The translations under genes were made by a program, and so were the position numbers. Positions 10,906-21,156 of a stretch of DNA of 64,000 nucleotides are shown here, piece after piece (the stretch's first letter is position 1; each line of letters starts with the position of its first letter). The stretch lies in the NCBI GenBank assembly GCA_963791075.1, contig CAWBRF010000037.1, forward strand, positions 55,353 to 119,352, read 5' to 3'. This DNA is from an uncultured Planctomycetia bacterium (GTDB taxonomy: Bacteria; Planctomycetota; Planctomycetia; Pirellulales; Thermoguttaceae). Below the pieces are notes generated by a model that worked only from the letters and a program-made list of their open reading frames with translations, had not been told where the DNA came from and did no database searches.

Positions 10906-11753
10906 ACGAGCCGTGGCAGATGTGGTTGGGGAGCCTGACGGTCGGGGCGGCGACGGCCACTTTGGCCTACACCGGCCGCGACTGGTTCGCCGCCGCCATG
11001 GCCGCCGTCGAGGGCGACCTGACGGAGAAGCTCCGCCGGATGCGGGCGCCGACGCGAAACGTCCACAAATACCTCGTCCTCTGGCTGATTGCCGTCGGCT
11101 GTGCGCTGGTCGGCGTCTGGATCGCCCTGGACAGTCCGCTCTTGGGGGCGATGACCGCGGTGTTCCTCACCGCGGCGCCTTGGTGGCTGTTGCGGCGAAT
11201 GGCCCAGCGGCATCGCCGGCAAATTGACGACCAACTGGCCGACGCCATGGTGATGCTGGCCAACGGCGTCCGCGCCGGGCTCTCGCTGGCCCAGTCGCTG
11301 GAAATCCTCGCCGCCGAGTGCCCCCGGCCGATCAACGCCGAGTTCCACCAGATTGTCGCCGAATACAAGTTGGGCAAGCCGCTGGAGCGGACCCTGGTCG
11401 AAGCGAAACAGCGGCTGCAAAGCGAAAACTTCGCGCTGTTCGCCGCGGCCCTGATGGCCAGCCACGAGAGCGGCGGACGGCTGAATGAAACCGTCGAGCG
11501 GATCGCCCAATCGGTCCTCGAATTGCAGCGATTGGAGCGAAAGGTCCTTTCCGAGACCGCCCAAGCGCGCAAGTCCGCGGTCTACATGGCCATTGCCCCA
11601 GCCTTCATTTTGGTCGCCTATTACTTCGTCGATCGGGTCAACACGTCGCTGCTCTTTACGGAGGCCCTCGGGCACGTGGTCCTGGCGACGGCCGTCGTCT
11701 TGAACGCGGCGGCGTATTTTTGGGCGAGAGCGATCCTCAGTCCGGACCTGTAA
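10902..11753 (+). CDS. tadB: type II secretion F-family protein, TadB-like
   Basis: 283-aa ORF overlapping the cpaF stop by 4 nt. T2SSF-like core (QLADAMVMLANGVRAGLSLAQSLEILA) with flanking TM helices. Confidence 0.75.
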   Translation: MNEPWQMWLGSLTVGAATATLAYTGRDWFAAAMAAVEGDLTEKLRRMRAPTRNVHKYLVLWLIAVGCALVGVWIALDSPLLGAMTAVFLTAAPWWLLRRMAQRHRRQIDDQLADAMVMLANGVRAGLSLAQSLEILAAECPRPINAEFHQIVAEYKLGKPLERTLVEAKQRLQSENFALFAAALMASHESGGRLNETVERIAQSVLELQRLERKVLSETAQARKSAVYMAIAPAFILVAYYFVDRVNTSLLFTEALGHVVLATAVVLNAAAYFWARAILSPDL

Positions 11754-11757
11754 ACCG

Positions 11758-12710
11758 ATGACCCACTTCGATTTCTTCCTTGCCGCCGACTTGCCCGCCG
11801 CCCCGGCGGCGACGATGCTCTTGGCGTGCGCGGCGGCCGGTTTGGCGGCGGCCGCCCTTGGCTGGTGGGTGGTTTGGGTGCTGCAAAGCGAGGACATCGC
11901 CCAAGGCGCCGAATGGCGCTACGACGTCAGCCGCATCAACGAACTGCGGCGCGCGGAGCCGCTCTACCGCTTCTTCCAGCCGATTCTCACCCTGCTGGGC
12001 CGCTTCAACCGCCTCCTGTTCCCGGGGAGCTTGCCGGAGATCGGCCGCCAAATTCAAGCGGCGGGGCTGACGCGATTCTGGCTGCCGGAAGAATACCTGG
12101 GCCGGGCGGAACTCGTCGCCCTCCTGGCCCTGCCCGTGTACGTCTACGCCTTGTCCGCGGCGATGGGCGACTTCGGCCTTGCGCTGGCGGTCGCCGCCGT
12201 GCCCCTGACCGCCTGGCAACTCCGCCGGCGGTTGGCGAGTCGCGCGCCGCCCGATTGAAGCTCATCAAGCGACGCATCCCCTTCTTGCTCGACCTGCTGA
12301 CGCTGTTGATGGAGGCGGGCGCCTCGTTCATCAACGCCCTGCGGCAGGCGGTCGAGGAGTTCCGCGGCCATCCGATCGCCGAGGAATTCGGCCGCGTGCT
12401 TGCGGACATGAGCCTCGGCAAGACCCGCGCCGAGGCGTTCGAGGCGATGCGCGATCGCCTGGCCGACGACGAAATCACGTCGATCATCGGCTCGATCCTC
12501 CAGGGCGAATCGCTGGGAACGCCGCTGGCGCAGATTTTTCGCACCCAGGCCGACGTGCTGCGAATCAAGCGGACCCAGCGGGCGGAATTGGCGGCCGGCG
12601 AGGCAGGCGTCAACATGCTCCTGCCGGGCATCCTCGTGATGGCGTCAACGGTGCTGATTATCCTTGGTCCCTTCATGTTGAATTACCTCAAGTTCGGGCT
12701 GACGATGTAG
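11758..12710 (+). CDS. tadC: type II secretion F-family protein, TadC-like; frame-broken
   Basis: The N-terminal part is ORF 11758..12258. The C-terminal part (RIPFLLDLLTLLMEAGASFINALRQAVEEF...) is in ORF 11826..12710. Frame change near 12245. Confidence 0.7.
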
Positions 12711-13568
12711 ATGGCGATCAAGTTCGACTGTCCGCGCTGCAGAAACAATCTGCTGGTTCCCAGCAAGAAGGCGGGAAGTTACGTGAACTGCCCGCGCTGC
12801 GGCGGCCGGTTCTGGGTGCCGAAGGACGCGCCGGCGGATGTTTCCTGGTCGGACGCGAAATCCGCGCCGGCGGCCGGCGCGGCGTCGGGGCCGCCGTCGC
12901 CGCTTCCGTCTGCGGCGGCGACCGGCTGGACATTGGTTCCGCCGGCGGCGCCGCCGGTCGTTCATACCCCGCCGCCGGCGACATTTTCAGAGGCGGCCGT
13001 TGCGCCGCCGCCGTCGGCGACCCCGCCCGCGGCGCCCGCCGCCGCCGCGGCTGGTGAGGCCGCCGCCGCGTGTGGCCCGGCTCATTTCGGCCGACGCCGC
13101 CCAGTCGGTGCTCAAGCCGTCGGCGGACGGCCAACTGCCCGACCTGCAATTGCAGGAGGGGATCGGCGCCGGGGAGGCGGACGCCCCGGCCAAGTCGCTG
13201 CATCCGGCGGTGCTGTTCGGCGTGCCCGCGCTGAGCGTCGCGATCTCCGTTGTCTTGGCGATGGCGTCGTTCGGGCCGTCCGACTCCGCCGACAGCGAGC
13301 AAAAGGCCATTTCGCGACAGTACATCGAGGAGCATTATTTCGGCGGCGGCAACATCGACCGCGGCGAATTGCAGCCGTACCAAATCTATCTTCGCGAGGC
13401 GAAGCGGGCGCATTCCAACGGCGACCTGAAGATGGAGAAGGCGCGTTACCGCAAGGTGCTCGACCTGCTCCGCGGGACCGCGGCGAAGGCCGGCGGGGAT
13501 TGACCGGCAGCCGCACGGACGATGAAGATTTGGAAAAGCACATCGGCGCGATCCTCAGCGGCGAGTGA
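12711..13568 (+). CDS. zinc-ribbon, Pro/Ala-rich, single-TM protein; frame-broken
   Basis: Starts MAIKFDCPRCRNNLLVP...CPRCGGRFWVP. The TM and C-terminal part is in ORF 12838..13503, and the tail is back in the first frame. Changes near 13075 and 13500. Confidence 0.45.
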   Translation: MAIKFDCPRCRNNLLVPSKKAGSYVNCPRCGGRFWVPKDAPADVSWSDAKSAPAAGAASGPPSPLPSAAATGWTLVPPAAPPVVHTPPPATFSEAAVAPPPSATPPAAPAAAAAGEAAAACGPAHFGRRRPVGAQAVGGRPTARPAIAGGDRRRGGGRPGQVAASGGAVRRARAERRDLRCLGDGVVRAVRLRRQRAKGHFATVHRGALFRRRQHRPRRIAAVPNLSSRGEAGAFQRRPEDGEGALPQGARPAPRDRGEGRRGLTGSRTDDEDLEKHIGAILSGE

Positions 13569-13584
13569 GAAGAGGGAAAATTGC

Positions 13585-16500
13585 ATGGACCCGACGCCCC
13601 GCTACGAGATTGTGGACGCGATAGCCTCGGGCGACTTCGCCACGGTCTATCGCGCCCGCGACCGCGAATTGGGGCGCGAGGTGGCCGTCAAACAAATCCA
13701 TCAACAATTCCTCGCCGACCCGCGGCAGTTGGCCCGCTATTGGCAGGAGGCGCAGTTGCTCGCCTCGCTGCAACATCCCAACGTCGTCACCATCTACGAC
13801 GTTGTGCGGAGCCGCGGTTGGCTGATCTTGGAGTTGATGCGGGGAAGCCTGAATCAAGGGGCGACGGGCGAACCGATCGACTTGGATTTCCTCCGCGTGG
13901 TCTTGATCGACTGCCTGTCCGCGCTGCACTTCCTGCACGTCAACGGCGTGATCCACGGCGACATCAAGCCGAGCAACATGCTGGTGGATGGGCGGAATCG
14001 AGTGAAGATCGGCGATTTCGGCCTCGCCCGGCGAGCCAGCAACGAAGGCGGCAGCTTGCTGAAAGGGACGACGAAGTACATGGCGCCCGAACTGGTCCAT
14101 CCGCAGTTCGGCGAGATTGGGCGCGGCCAGCGACCTCTATTCTCTCGGCTTCTCCGCCTATGAGTTGATGTGCGGGGCGCAATTCGAGTCGCTGTTTCCC
14201 GGGCTGGGGGCCTTCGGCCGCGACAAGCAGATCGCCTGGATGATGTGGCACGCGGCCGCGGACCGGCGACTTGCCGGAAATCTCCAAGGTGCTCCAAGGG
14301 GTGCCCGCCGACCTCGCCCGCGTCATTCAGCGAATGGTCGTCAAGGAAGCGGCGGGGCGGTATTCCTCCGCGGCCGAGGCGCTGGCCGATCTTCGCCCCG
14401 ACCCGCGGCTGGCCAATGCCCTGCCGGAGCAACTCGACCAGGCGGCGGAAGCGGCCCGGATCGCGGCGGCGGCGCGGAAGCGGCGGCTTCGCTGGTTGGC
14501 CGGAGCGCTCGCGATCGCCTCCGCCGCGGTTTGCGTGGCCATGCTGCTGCGGCCTGAGCCGCCGAAGCCTGCGCTCAAGCCGCGCGATCCCATCCGCGGC
14601 ACGGTGGTCCATGTGCTGGACGAACTGGCGCGGCCGAAGCTCGACGTCGATGTGAAGGAAGGCGGAAAGATCGTCTCCCGGGAGATTTCCATCGGCCGCG
14701 AGGACCATGTCTTGATCAACGACGCTCCCGCTTTTCTCCGCGATCTTCAGCCGCACGACACGGTCGAGATCGACGAGAAACTCGAAATCGCCGACGGCAA
14801 AGTGAAGCATCGCTTCCAGGAAGTGCACGCCTTTCGGCCGAAGATGGACCGCGGCCACGTCGAGTCGCTCAAGGCCGACGAGGGGACCCTGGTCATGGTC
14901 GTCGACGAGGGGGAAAACCGCAAGAAGCAACTCCTCATCCGCGTGCCCGCCGAGTTGCCGATCGCACTGAACGGCTCGCCGGAACTGGACGGCAAGCCCG
15001 TTCGACTGGCCGACCTGAAGGAGAAAGACCGGATCGAAGTCCATCATGAGGCGGACGAGAAGGGCCGCCGCGCCGTCGAGCTTAGCGCGGAGCGGCTGGT
15101 GAGCGTCAACGGGGTCGTCCGCGAGATCGACCCGCAGCACAACAAGTTGACAATATCCTTTGGCCCGAAGGACGATCGCCGGATGACGCTGCCCTTGGCC
15201 GCGCAGTGCGAGATTGTTCTTAACTCTCAGGCGAAGGTCCAGGAGCGGCTTCTGAAACTGACGGATTTGAAGCCGGGCGACAAGGTGTCCGTGGCGCACG
15301 ACGTGGCGGCGACGAAGATCGACGCCTACCGGCTGCTGGGGCAGAGCGGCGTGATTCAACGGATTACGGAGAAGACGATCGAGGTGCAGCGCGAGGGAGA
15401 CGCCGCGCCGACAACCTACACGATCGGGCCGACTTGCAAGATCACGCTCGGCGGCGAGGAGGTCCAGTTGAGCGACCTTCAAGTGGGCGACGCGGCGGAG
15501 CTGACCAACGACCAGCCGCCGGACGCGAAGAATCCCCAGGCCCTTTCCGTGACCGCACAACGGCGGCCCGACAACGCCCGCTGGGCAATCATCCTCGGCG
15601 ATCAGGACTTCGACGACCGCTTGCTGACCCGACTGGAGCACGCCGTCGCGGACGCGAAACTCGTCGGCGACGTCTTGGTGAAGCGATACCGCGTGCCGAC
15701 GGAACAGGCTTTGGTGTTGACCGACGAGAGCCTTGTCCGCCTCGAACAGGCCATCCCCGACCGGCTGGCGAAGATCGGCGCCGAGGCGAAATTGATCGTC
15801 TACGTCGTCGGGCACGCCTATCTCGACGACAAGGGGGCGGTCTATGTGGCGGCGAAGAACTTCGACGCGAAGCGTCCCGACGTGACCGGGCTGGGGTTGC
15901 AATGGCTGGTCGATCAATTGGAGCAGTGCCCGGCGAAGGAAAAACTCTTGCTCTTGGATTGCTGCCAGGAAGGGGAGGGCGGCGACTTGCGCCGCGAGCC
16001 GTCGTCGATCGAAATGCTCCACACGCTCAAGGGGCCGCCGGGGCGCTCGCCGTTGCGGACGCTCGCCGCGGTGGCAAGTTGCAAGGCCGGTCAACGCGGC
16101 CGCGCCGCGGCGGACAAGGCGCATGGCCTGTTTGCCGCCTGCGTCGCCGACGGTTACTCCGGCCGCGCCGACGCGAATCACGACGGCCGCGTCGAAACCA
16201 CGGAACTGTTCGAGTGGCTCCAGGGCGCAATGGCGGCGGGAAGCGACGCGAATCTCGCGCAAACGCCCGAACTCATCCTCCCCGACGACCGGCCGCTGCG
16301 ACTCGGCGACGACGCGAAGAAATCGATTCGCAAGTTGGCCGATTTTCTTCAGCACGCGAAAGTCAATTTGAATGCGGCCAAGGACGAGTTCGCGACCGCC
16401 TCCCAGGCGGCCGGCAAGGAACTCGAACCGCGGCTGCTCTACGGCCTCTTGCTGATCAAAGTCAACGACCGCGAAGCGGCGCTGAAGCACTTGGAAGAGT

Positions 16501-16977
16501 TGAAGGCCGACAACCCGTCCTTGCTGCTTCCTTTGCAGGGAATGGCCTGGCTGCGATTCCAAAAGCGCAGCGATGAAGCCGGAGTGAACGACCTGGTGGA
16601 ACTGGTCGCGAAGATTCCCAAGCCGGAAAAGCCGGGCGCGTCCTACCCTCCGCAAATTCAACAACTCTTCACGTGGATCGGACAGTTGCGCGAGTTCGCC
16701 GCCGCGGCCGAACAGGAGGGAAACCGCCCCGCAGCCGATCGCTTGGCCAATCTCGACGCCGCCGTCGCCGATCGCGGCGCGGAAGCCAAACGGCAGTATG
16801 AGGAAGGGCGCGTGCGCGTCCGGCGCGGATTTCGCGGTTCGATCGGCAGTTGGAAAGCAGCGACGACGCCGCGCTGATCGCGCGGATCAAGGTGGAGCGG
16901 CATCGGCTGGCGTACTACGCCGAATTCCCCCTGGAGCGCTGGCGTCAGGAAATCCTTGCCGGGCTCGATCGGCAATG
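13585..16977 (+). CDS. Ser/Thr protein kinase - TM - repeat modules - caspase-like (peptidase C14-type) domain - helical repeats; frame-broken
   Basis: Kinase motifs VAVKQI, HGDIKPSNML, DFGLAR and APE, starting at ATG 13585. Frame changes near 14118, 14268 and 16820. TM helix LAGALAIASAAVCVAMLL. Caspase-like His/Cys dyad YVVGHAY ... LLLDCCQEG (~15580-16200). Stop at 16975-16977. Confidence 0.8.
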
Positions 16978-17177
16978 ACCGACGGCCCGCCGTGCGCAAC
17001 GGCGCCATGGAAAACGGCGCTTTCCATGGCCGCGTCTTGCTCTTGTCCGATTCGACGCAAACGAATAGAATCGCCCGTTTCTATGGTTCCATGGGGCCTC
17101 CGTGCCCTGAGGGCCAGGCGTCTGTCCAGGATGACGACGCTGCGGATCGCACCTATCCCCTTACAGGATGGCAACTT

Positions 17178-20006
17178 ATGTCAGCGGAAGGGATGCCGCA
17201 GACAGAACCCTCGCTCCTGTCGCGACCACTGGCCGCCGTCGCCCGGCTTGCCATTCGCTTCCCCTTCCTCACGATCGTGGCCGGGCTGCTGGCGGCCGCC
17301 TGGGCGATGGGCATCGCCCACGATCAGCTCAAATTCCACACGAATCGCGACGACGTTCTGAACCCCTCGGCGGAATACAACCGCCACTGGCTGCAATACA
17401 CGAAGGAATTCGGCGACGAAGAAGATGTTTTCGTGGCGATCGAGGGACCGGATCGCGAGGCGGTCGTGTCCGCGATGGACGACGTGGCCGCCGCCGTCGC
17501 CGCCGATCCGGCCCACTTTCACGACGTCATGCACAAGGTCGATCTGTCGAAGCTCCGCGCCAAGGGACTTCATTATCTCGATCCGGGGGACGTGGCGCAA
17601 ATCAACAGTTTTCTCGTCCAATTGGATCCGGTCCTCCGCGGCGATTGGTCGCAGTTGACGTTGGCCGGCATGGCCGGCCGGCTGGCGGCGATGTCGAACA
17701 TGGCCGGCGCGCCGCCCGCCGCGGTTGAGATGGCCCGCCAGGCGCAGGCCCGATGGTGGGCGAGCCTGAAAACGGCCCTGGTTCAGCCGGGCGCGTACCA
17801 ATCGCCGTGGCCGAGCATGGCGTCGGCGCCGGCGGGCATGGACGATCTTTGCGCCAACGCCTGCCGCTACAATCTGCTCAACGGCGGCAAGATCGGCATC
17901 GTCCAGCTTCGCTTCGTCCGCGGCGCGAGGGAAACGGAAAACTTCGCCCAAAACAGCGGCCCGGTCGACGCCCTGCGGACGCTCGTGGCCGCGGCCAAGG
18001 AGCGGCATCCGGCGGTGACGATTGGCCTGACCGGCCTGCCGGTAATGGAAAACGACGAGATGCGGCTGAGCGAGTCGGCGATGATGACGGTCACGTTTCT
18101 CTCGCTGGGGGGAATTTTTCTCGTCCTCGTGGCCGGATTCGGCAATTTCCGCCATTCCATCCTGGCCACCGCCGCCGTCGTCCTCGGGACCATGTGGACG
18201 ATCGGCTACACGACTGTCATGGTCGGCTACTTGAACATTCTGAGCATCGCCTTCGGCTCGATTTTGATGGGCTTGGGGATCAACTACGGCATTTATTTCG
18301 TCGCCCGATATCTCCAGTTGTGCGCCACTTCGGACTCGACCGCCGAGGCCGTGGTGAAGACGGCGGCGAGCGTGGGGCCGAGCATTACGATGGGGGCGTT
18401 CACGGCGGCGGCGGCGTTCTTCACGGCGGCATTCACCGATTTCCGTGGCGTGGCGCAACTGGGCGTGATCGCCGGCGGCGGCATCTTGCTCTGCTGGCTG
18501 GCGGCGATGACCGTGTTGCCGGCGTTGATCGCGATGTTCGACGCCCGTCATTTCGCCCGAAAAACGCCCACCCCGTTGGACATTTACCCCGGACTGCGGT
18601 TGCTCTATTTGAAGCCGCGGTTGACGCTCCTGCTGATCGTCGCGGCGACGGCCGCCCTGGCGACGGGAGTGAAGCATCTCTGGTACGACGACAACCTGTT
18701 GAACCTGCAAGCGACGGGGCTGGAAAGCGTGCAGTTGGAGCGGAAGCTGTTGACGGAAACAAACCAAAGCTCCTGGTTCGCCTTGTCCGTGGCCGACGGT
18801 CCGGCCGACGTGTTGCGGCGAAAGGCGGAGTTCACAAAACTTCCCTCCGTCGAGCGGGTCGAAGAATTGGCGTCGCTGTTCCCCGGCCATGAAGAGCAGA
18901 ACCAGCCGATCATCCAGCAGATTTATCGACGTTTGGCGGGCCTTCCCCCGCAGACGCCGAACCTGCCGCCGCTTGCGCCGGCGCAGGCGGGCCAACTCCT
19001 GGCCGGTTTGGGCCAGGCGGCGTCGGCGGGCGGTCAGGGCGCGGCGGCGGCGGCGATGGCCGCGATCGTCCGCCAATTGTCGCCGCAGGAACTCGCCCAG
19101 CGGTTGTCTCAGTTCCAACAGCGCGCCGCCGCCGATCTGCTCCAGCGGCTCCGCCTGCTGCGCGCCGCCGCCGATCCCAATTCGCCCACCTTGGCCGACT
19201 TGCCCGAAAGCCTCGTCCACCGTTTCGTCGGCCGCTCGGGCAAGTTCCTCATGCGGATCTACGCGAAGGACGACATCTGGGACCTCGCCTCGCGGGAACG
19301 CTTCGTCGGCGACATCCGCCGCGTCGACAAGGACGTCACCGGCAATCCCATCCAGGTCTACGAAGCCTCGCGCGACATGAAGCGAAGCTACCAGTGGGCG
19401 GCCCTCTACGCCTTGGTCGTCATCGTCGCCATGCTCTTCGTCGAATTCGGCAACCTCCACTATCCCCTCTTGGCCATGCTGCCGCTGGGACTGGGCGTGC
19501 TCCAGTTGTTCGGGCTGATGGGCTGGCTCGGCATCCCGCTGAACTCGGCGAACATGATCGTCTTGCCGCTGATCCTCGGCCTGGGGGCGGAGAACGGCAT
19601 CCACATCGTCAACGACTTCCGCCGCCGCCCCCGCCGCTATCATCGCATGAGCGCCGCGACCACCACCGCCGTGATCATCAACTCGCTGACCACCATGGTC
19701 GGCTTCGCGGCGCTGATGATCGCCAGCCACCAGGGGCTCTTGAGCCTCGGCCGGGTGTTGACCATCGGCATGAGTTGCTGCCTGATGAGCGCGTTGGTGT
19801 TGCCGAACCTCTTATTGTTGCGCCCCGGCGGGAGCGAAGCGGCCTTCGACCTCGAAGAAGAGGGCGCGGCGGTCGTTCCCGTCCGCGTCGGCGATCTGCT
19901 GAAGGCTTTTCCGCCGCCGCCGCAGTTCGTCGCCATTTCGCGCGTGCCGCGCAACGGACCGGAAGATTATGAGCTGCCGACGGCGACGAGGTCGCTGGGC
20001 CGTTGA
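17178..20006 (+). CDS. MMPL/RND-superfamily transporter
   Basis: ORF 16956..20006 with a likely start at ATG 17178. Two blocks of about 6 TM helices are separated by large soluble loops, the typical MMPL layout. No frame breaks. Confidence 0.8.
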   Translation: MSAEGMPQTEPSLLSRPLAAVARLAIRFPFLTIVAGLLAAAWAMGIAHDQLKFHTNRDDVLNPSAEYNRHWLQYTKEFGDEEDVFVAIEGPDREAVVSAMDDVAAAVAADPAHFHDVMHKVDLSKLRAKGLHYLDPGDVAQINSFLVQLDPVLRGDWSQLTLAGMAGRLAAMSNMAGAPPAAVEMARQAQARWWASLKTALVQPGAYQSPWPSMASAPAGMDDLCANACRYNLLNGGKIGIVQLRFVRGARETENFAQNSGPVDALRTLVAAAKERHPAVTIGLTGLPVMENDEMRLSESAMMTVTFLSLGGIFLVLVAGFGNFRHSILATAAVVLGTMWTIGYTTVMVGYLNILSIAFGSILMGLGINYGIYFVARYLQLCATSDSTAEAVVKTAASVGPSITMGAFTAAAAFFTAAFTDFRGVAQLGVIAGGGILLCWLAAMTVLPALIAMFDARHFARKTPTPLDIYPGLRLLYLKPRLTLLLIVAATAALATGVKHLWYDDNLLNLQATGLESVQLERKLLTETNQSSWFALSVADGPADVLRRKAEFTKLPSVERVEELASLFPGHEEQNQPIIQQIYRRLAGLPPQTPNLPPLAPAQAGQLLAGLGQAASAGGQGAAAAAMAAIVRQLSPQELAQRLSQFQQRAAADLLQRLRLLRAAADPNSPTLADLPESLVHRFVGRSGKFLMRIYAKDDIWDLASRERFVGDIRRVDKDVTGNPIQVYEASRDMKRSYQWAALYALVVIVAMLFVEFGNLHYPLLAMLPLGLGVLQLFGLMGWLGIPLNSANMIVLPLILGLGAENGIHIVNDFRRRPRRYHRMSAATTTAVIINSLTTMVGFAALMIASHQGLLSLGRVLTIGMSCCLMSALVLPNLLLLRPGGSEAAFDLEEEGAAVVPVRVGDLLKAFPPPPQFVAISRVPRNGPEDYELPTATRSLGR

Positions 20007-20016
20007 ACGAAAGCAG

Positions 20017-20092
20017 GGTGGGCCGAGCGCCGCGAGTCCCACCATGAACTTTAGGTCGATCTTGGTGGGACTCGCTGCGCTCGGCCCACCCT
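20017..20092. terminator. long hairpin between convergent genes (29-bp stem, 18-nt loop)
   Basis: 20017-20045 (gggtgggccgagcgccgcgagtcccacca) pairs with 20064-20092 with one mismatch. It lies between the MMPL stop (20006) and the VIT-family stop (20105). There is no T-tract. Confidence 0.45.
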
Positions 20093-20104
20093 ACACACTG
20101 CACG

Positions 20105-21064
20105 CTACGAACTTCCGATCAAGATGCCGGCCAAGAACACCAACACCCCGCCGACGACCACCTGGAAAACGGAAGTCACGAAGGGACTCTCCATGTAGCG
20201 TTTGCGAATCCAGGCGATCGCAAGAAGTTCGACGGCGACGACCGCGGTGGCGATGCCGGTGGCCAGCCAGAATCGCGGAATCAAAAACGGCAGGGCGTGG
20301 AAGATGCCGCCGCAAAAGGTCATGATCGCGCAGACCACGCCGCGGAGGACCGGACGGCCGCGACCGGTCATGCTGCCGTCGTCGGAGAGGGCCTCGGCGA
20401 AACCCATGCTGATGCCCGCCCCCACCGACGCCGCCAGGCCGACCAGAAAGGTCTGCCATGTCCCGTGCGTGGCGAAGGCGGCGGCAAACAGCGGGGCCAA
20501 GGTCGAAACCGAGCCGTCCATCAGGCCCGCCAACCCCGGCTGGATCACTTGGAGGACGAACAGTTGCCTGGCAACGCGGGCTTCCTCCTCCTTTTCGCTT
20601 TCCGGTTGCCGATCGGGTTCGAGCGCGGCGGAGGCCATTTCGTGTCGCCGTTCGGCCTCGGCAAGATCGCCGAGCAGTTGGCGCAACTCGGCGTCGCTGG
20701 TCGCCTCGGCGGCGCGGCTGTAGAACCGCTGCGTCTCCAATTCCATCAGCGCCACGTGCCGCCGCACGCGTTGGACGTTCCACGGTTGGGCGGAGACGAG
20801 CGGGTCGCGGCGGACGAAGCCCTGGACGTCCTGCCGGCGGATCAGGGGGATTTCCTCGCCGTAGCGGCGGCGGAAGGCCTCGACGAGCAGATGCCGATGG
20901 CCGTCTTCCTCTTGCCGCATCGCTTGGAGTTCCTCGGCCGCCCGCGGATAGTTCGGCCGCAGCAGCCGGGCGAATTCCTGCAAGATGCGTCCGTCCTCTT
21001 CTTCCAGGGAAACAGCCAGGGCGAGCACTTCCGACGCGGTCAGGTCTTTGAATCGCCGTCGCAT
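20105..21064 (-). CDS. ferritin/rubrerythrin-like domain fused to a VIT1-family iron transporter
   Basis: C-terminal 320 codons of ORF 20105..21874, from ATG 21064 (MRRRFKDLTASEVLALAVSLEEEDG...). The C-terminal TM region is VIT1-like (GLMDGSVSTLAPLF...). Confidence 0.75.
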   Translation of the reverse strand: MRRRFKDLTASEVLALAVSLEEEDGRILQEFARLLRPNYPRAAEELQAMRQEEDGHRHLLVEAFRRRYGEEIPLIRRQDVQGFVRRDPLVSAQPWNVQRVRRHVALMELETQRFYSRAAEATSDAELRQLLGDLAEAERRHEMASAALEPDRQPESEKEEEARVARQLFVLQVIQPGLAGLMDGSVSTLAPLFAAAFATHGTWQTFLVGLAASVGAGISMGFAEALSDDGSMTGRGRPVLRGVVCAIMTFCGGIFHALPFLIPRFWLATGIATAVVAVELLAIAWIRKRYMESPFVTSVFQVVVGGVLVFLAGILIGSS

Positions 21065-21156
21065 GGAATTTTTACTCTCTACGGTTTGAAATGGGCCGAG
21101 CGATCGCGGGACAGGACGGTTTGCATCATTTTTGAGCGCCGGCGGTGCGCCTCGCG

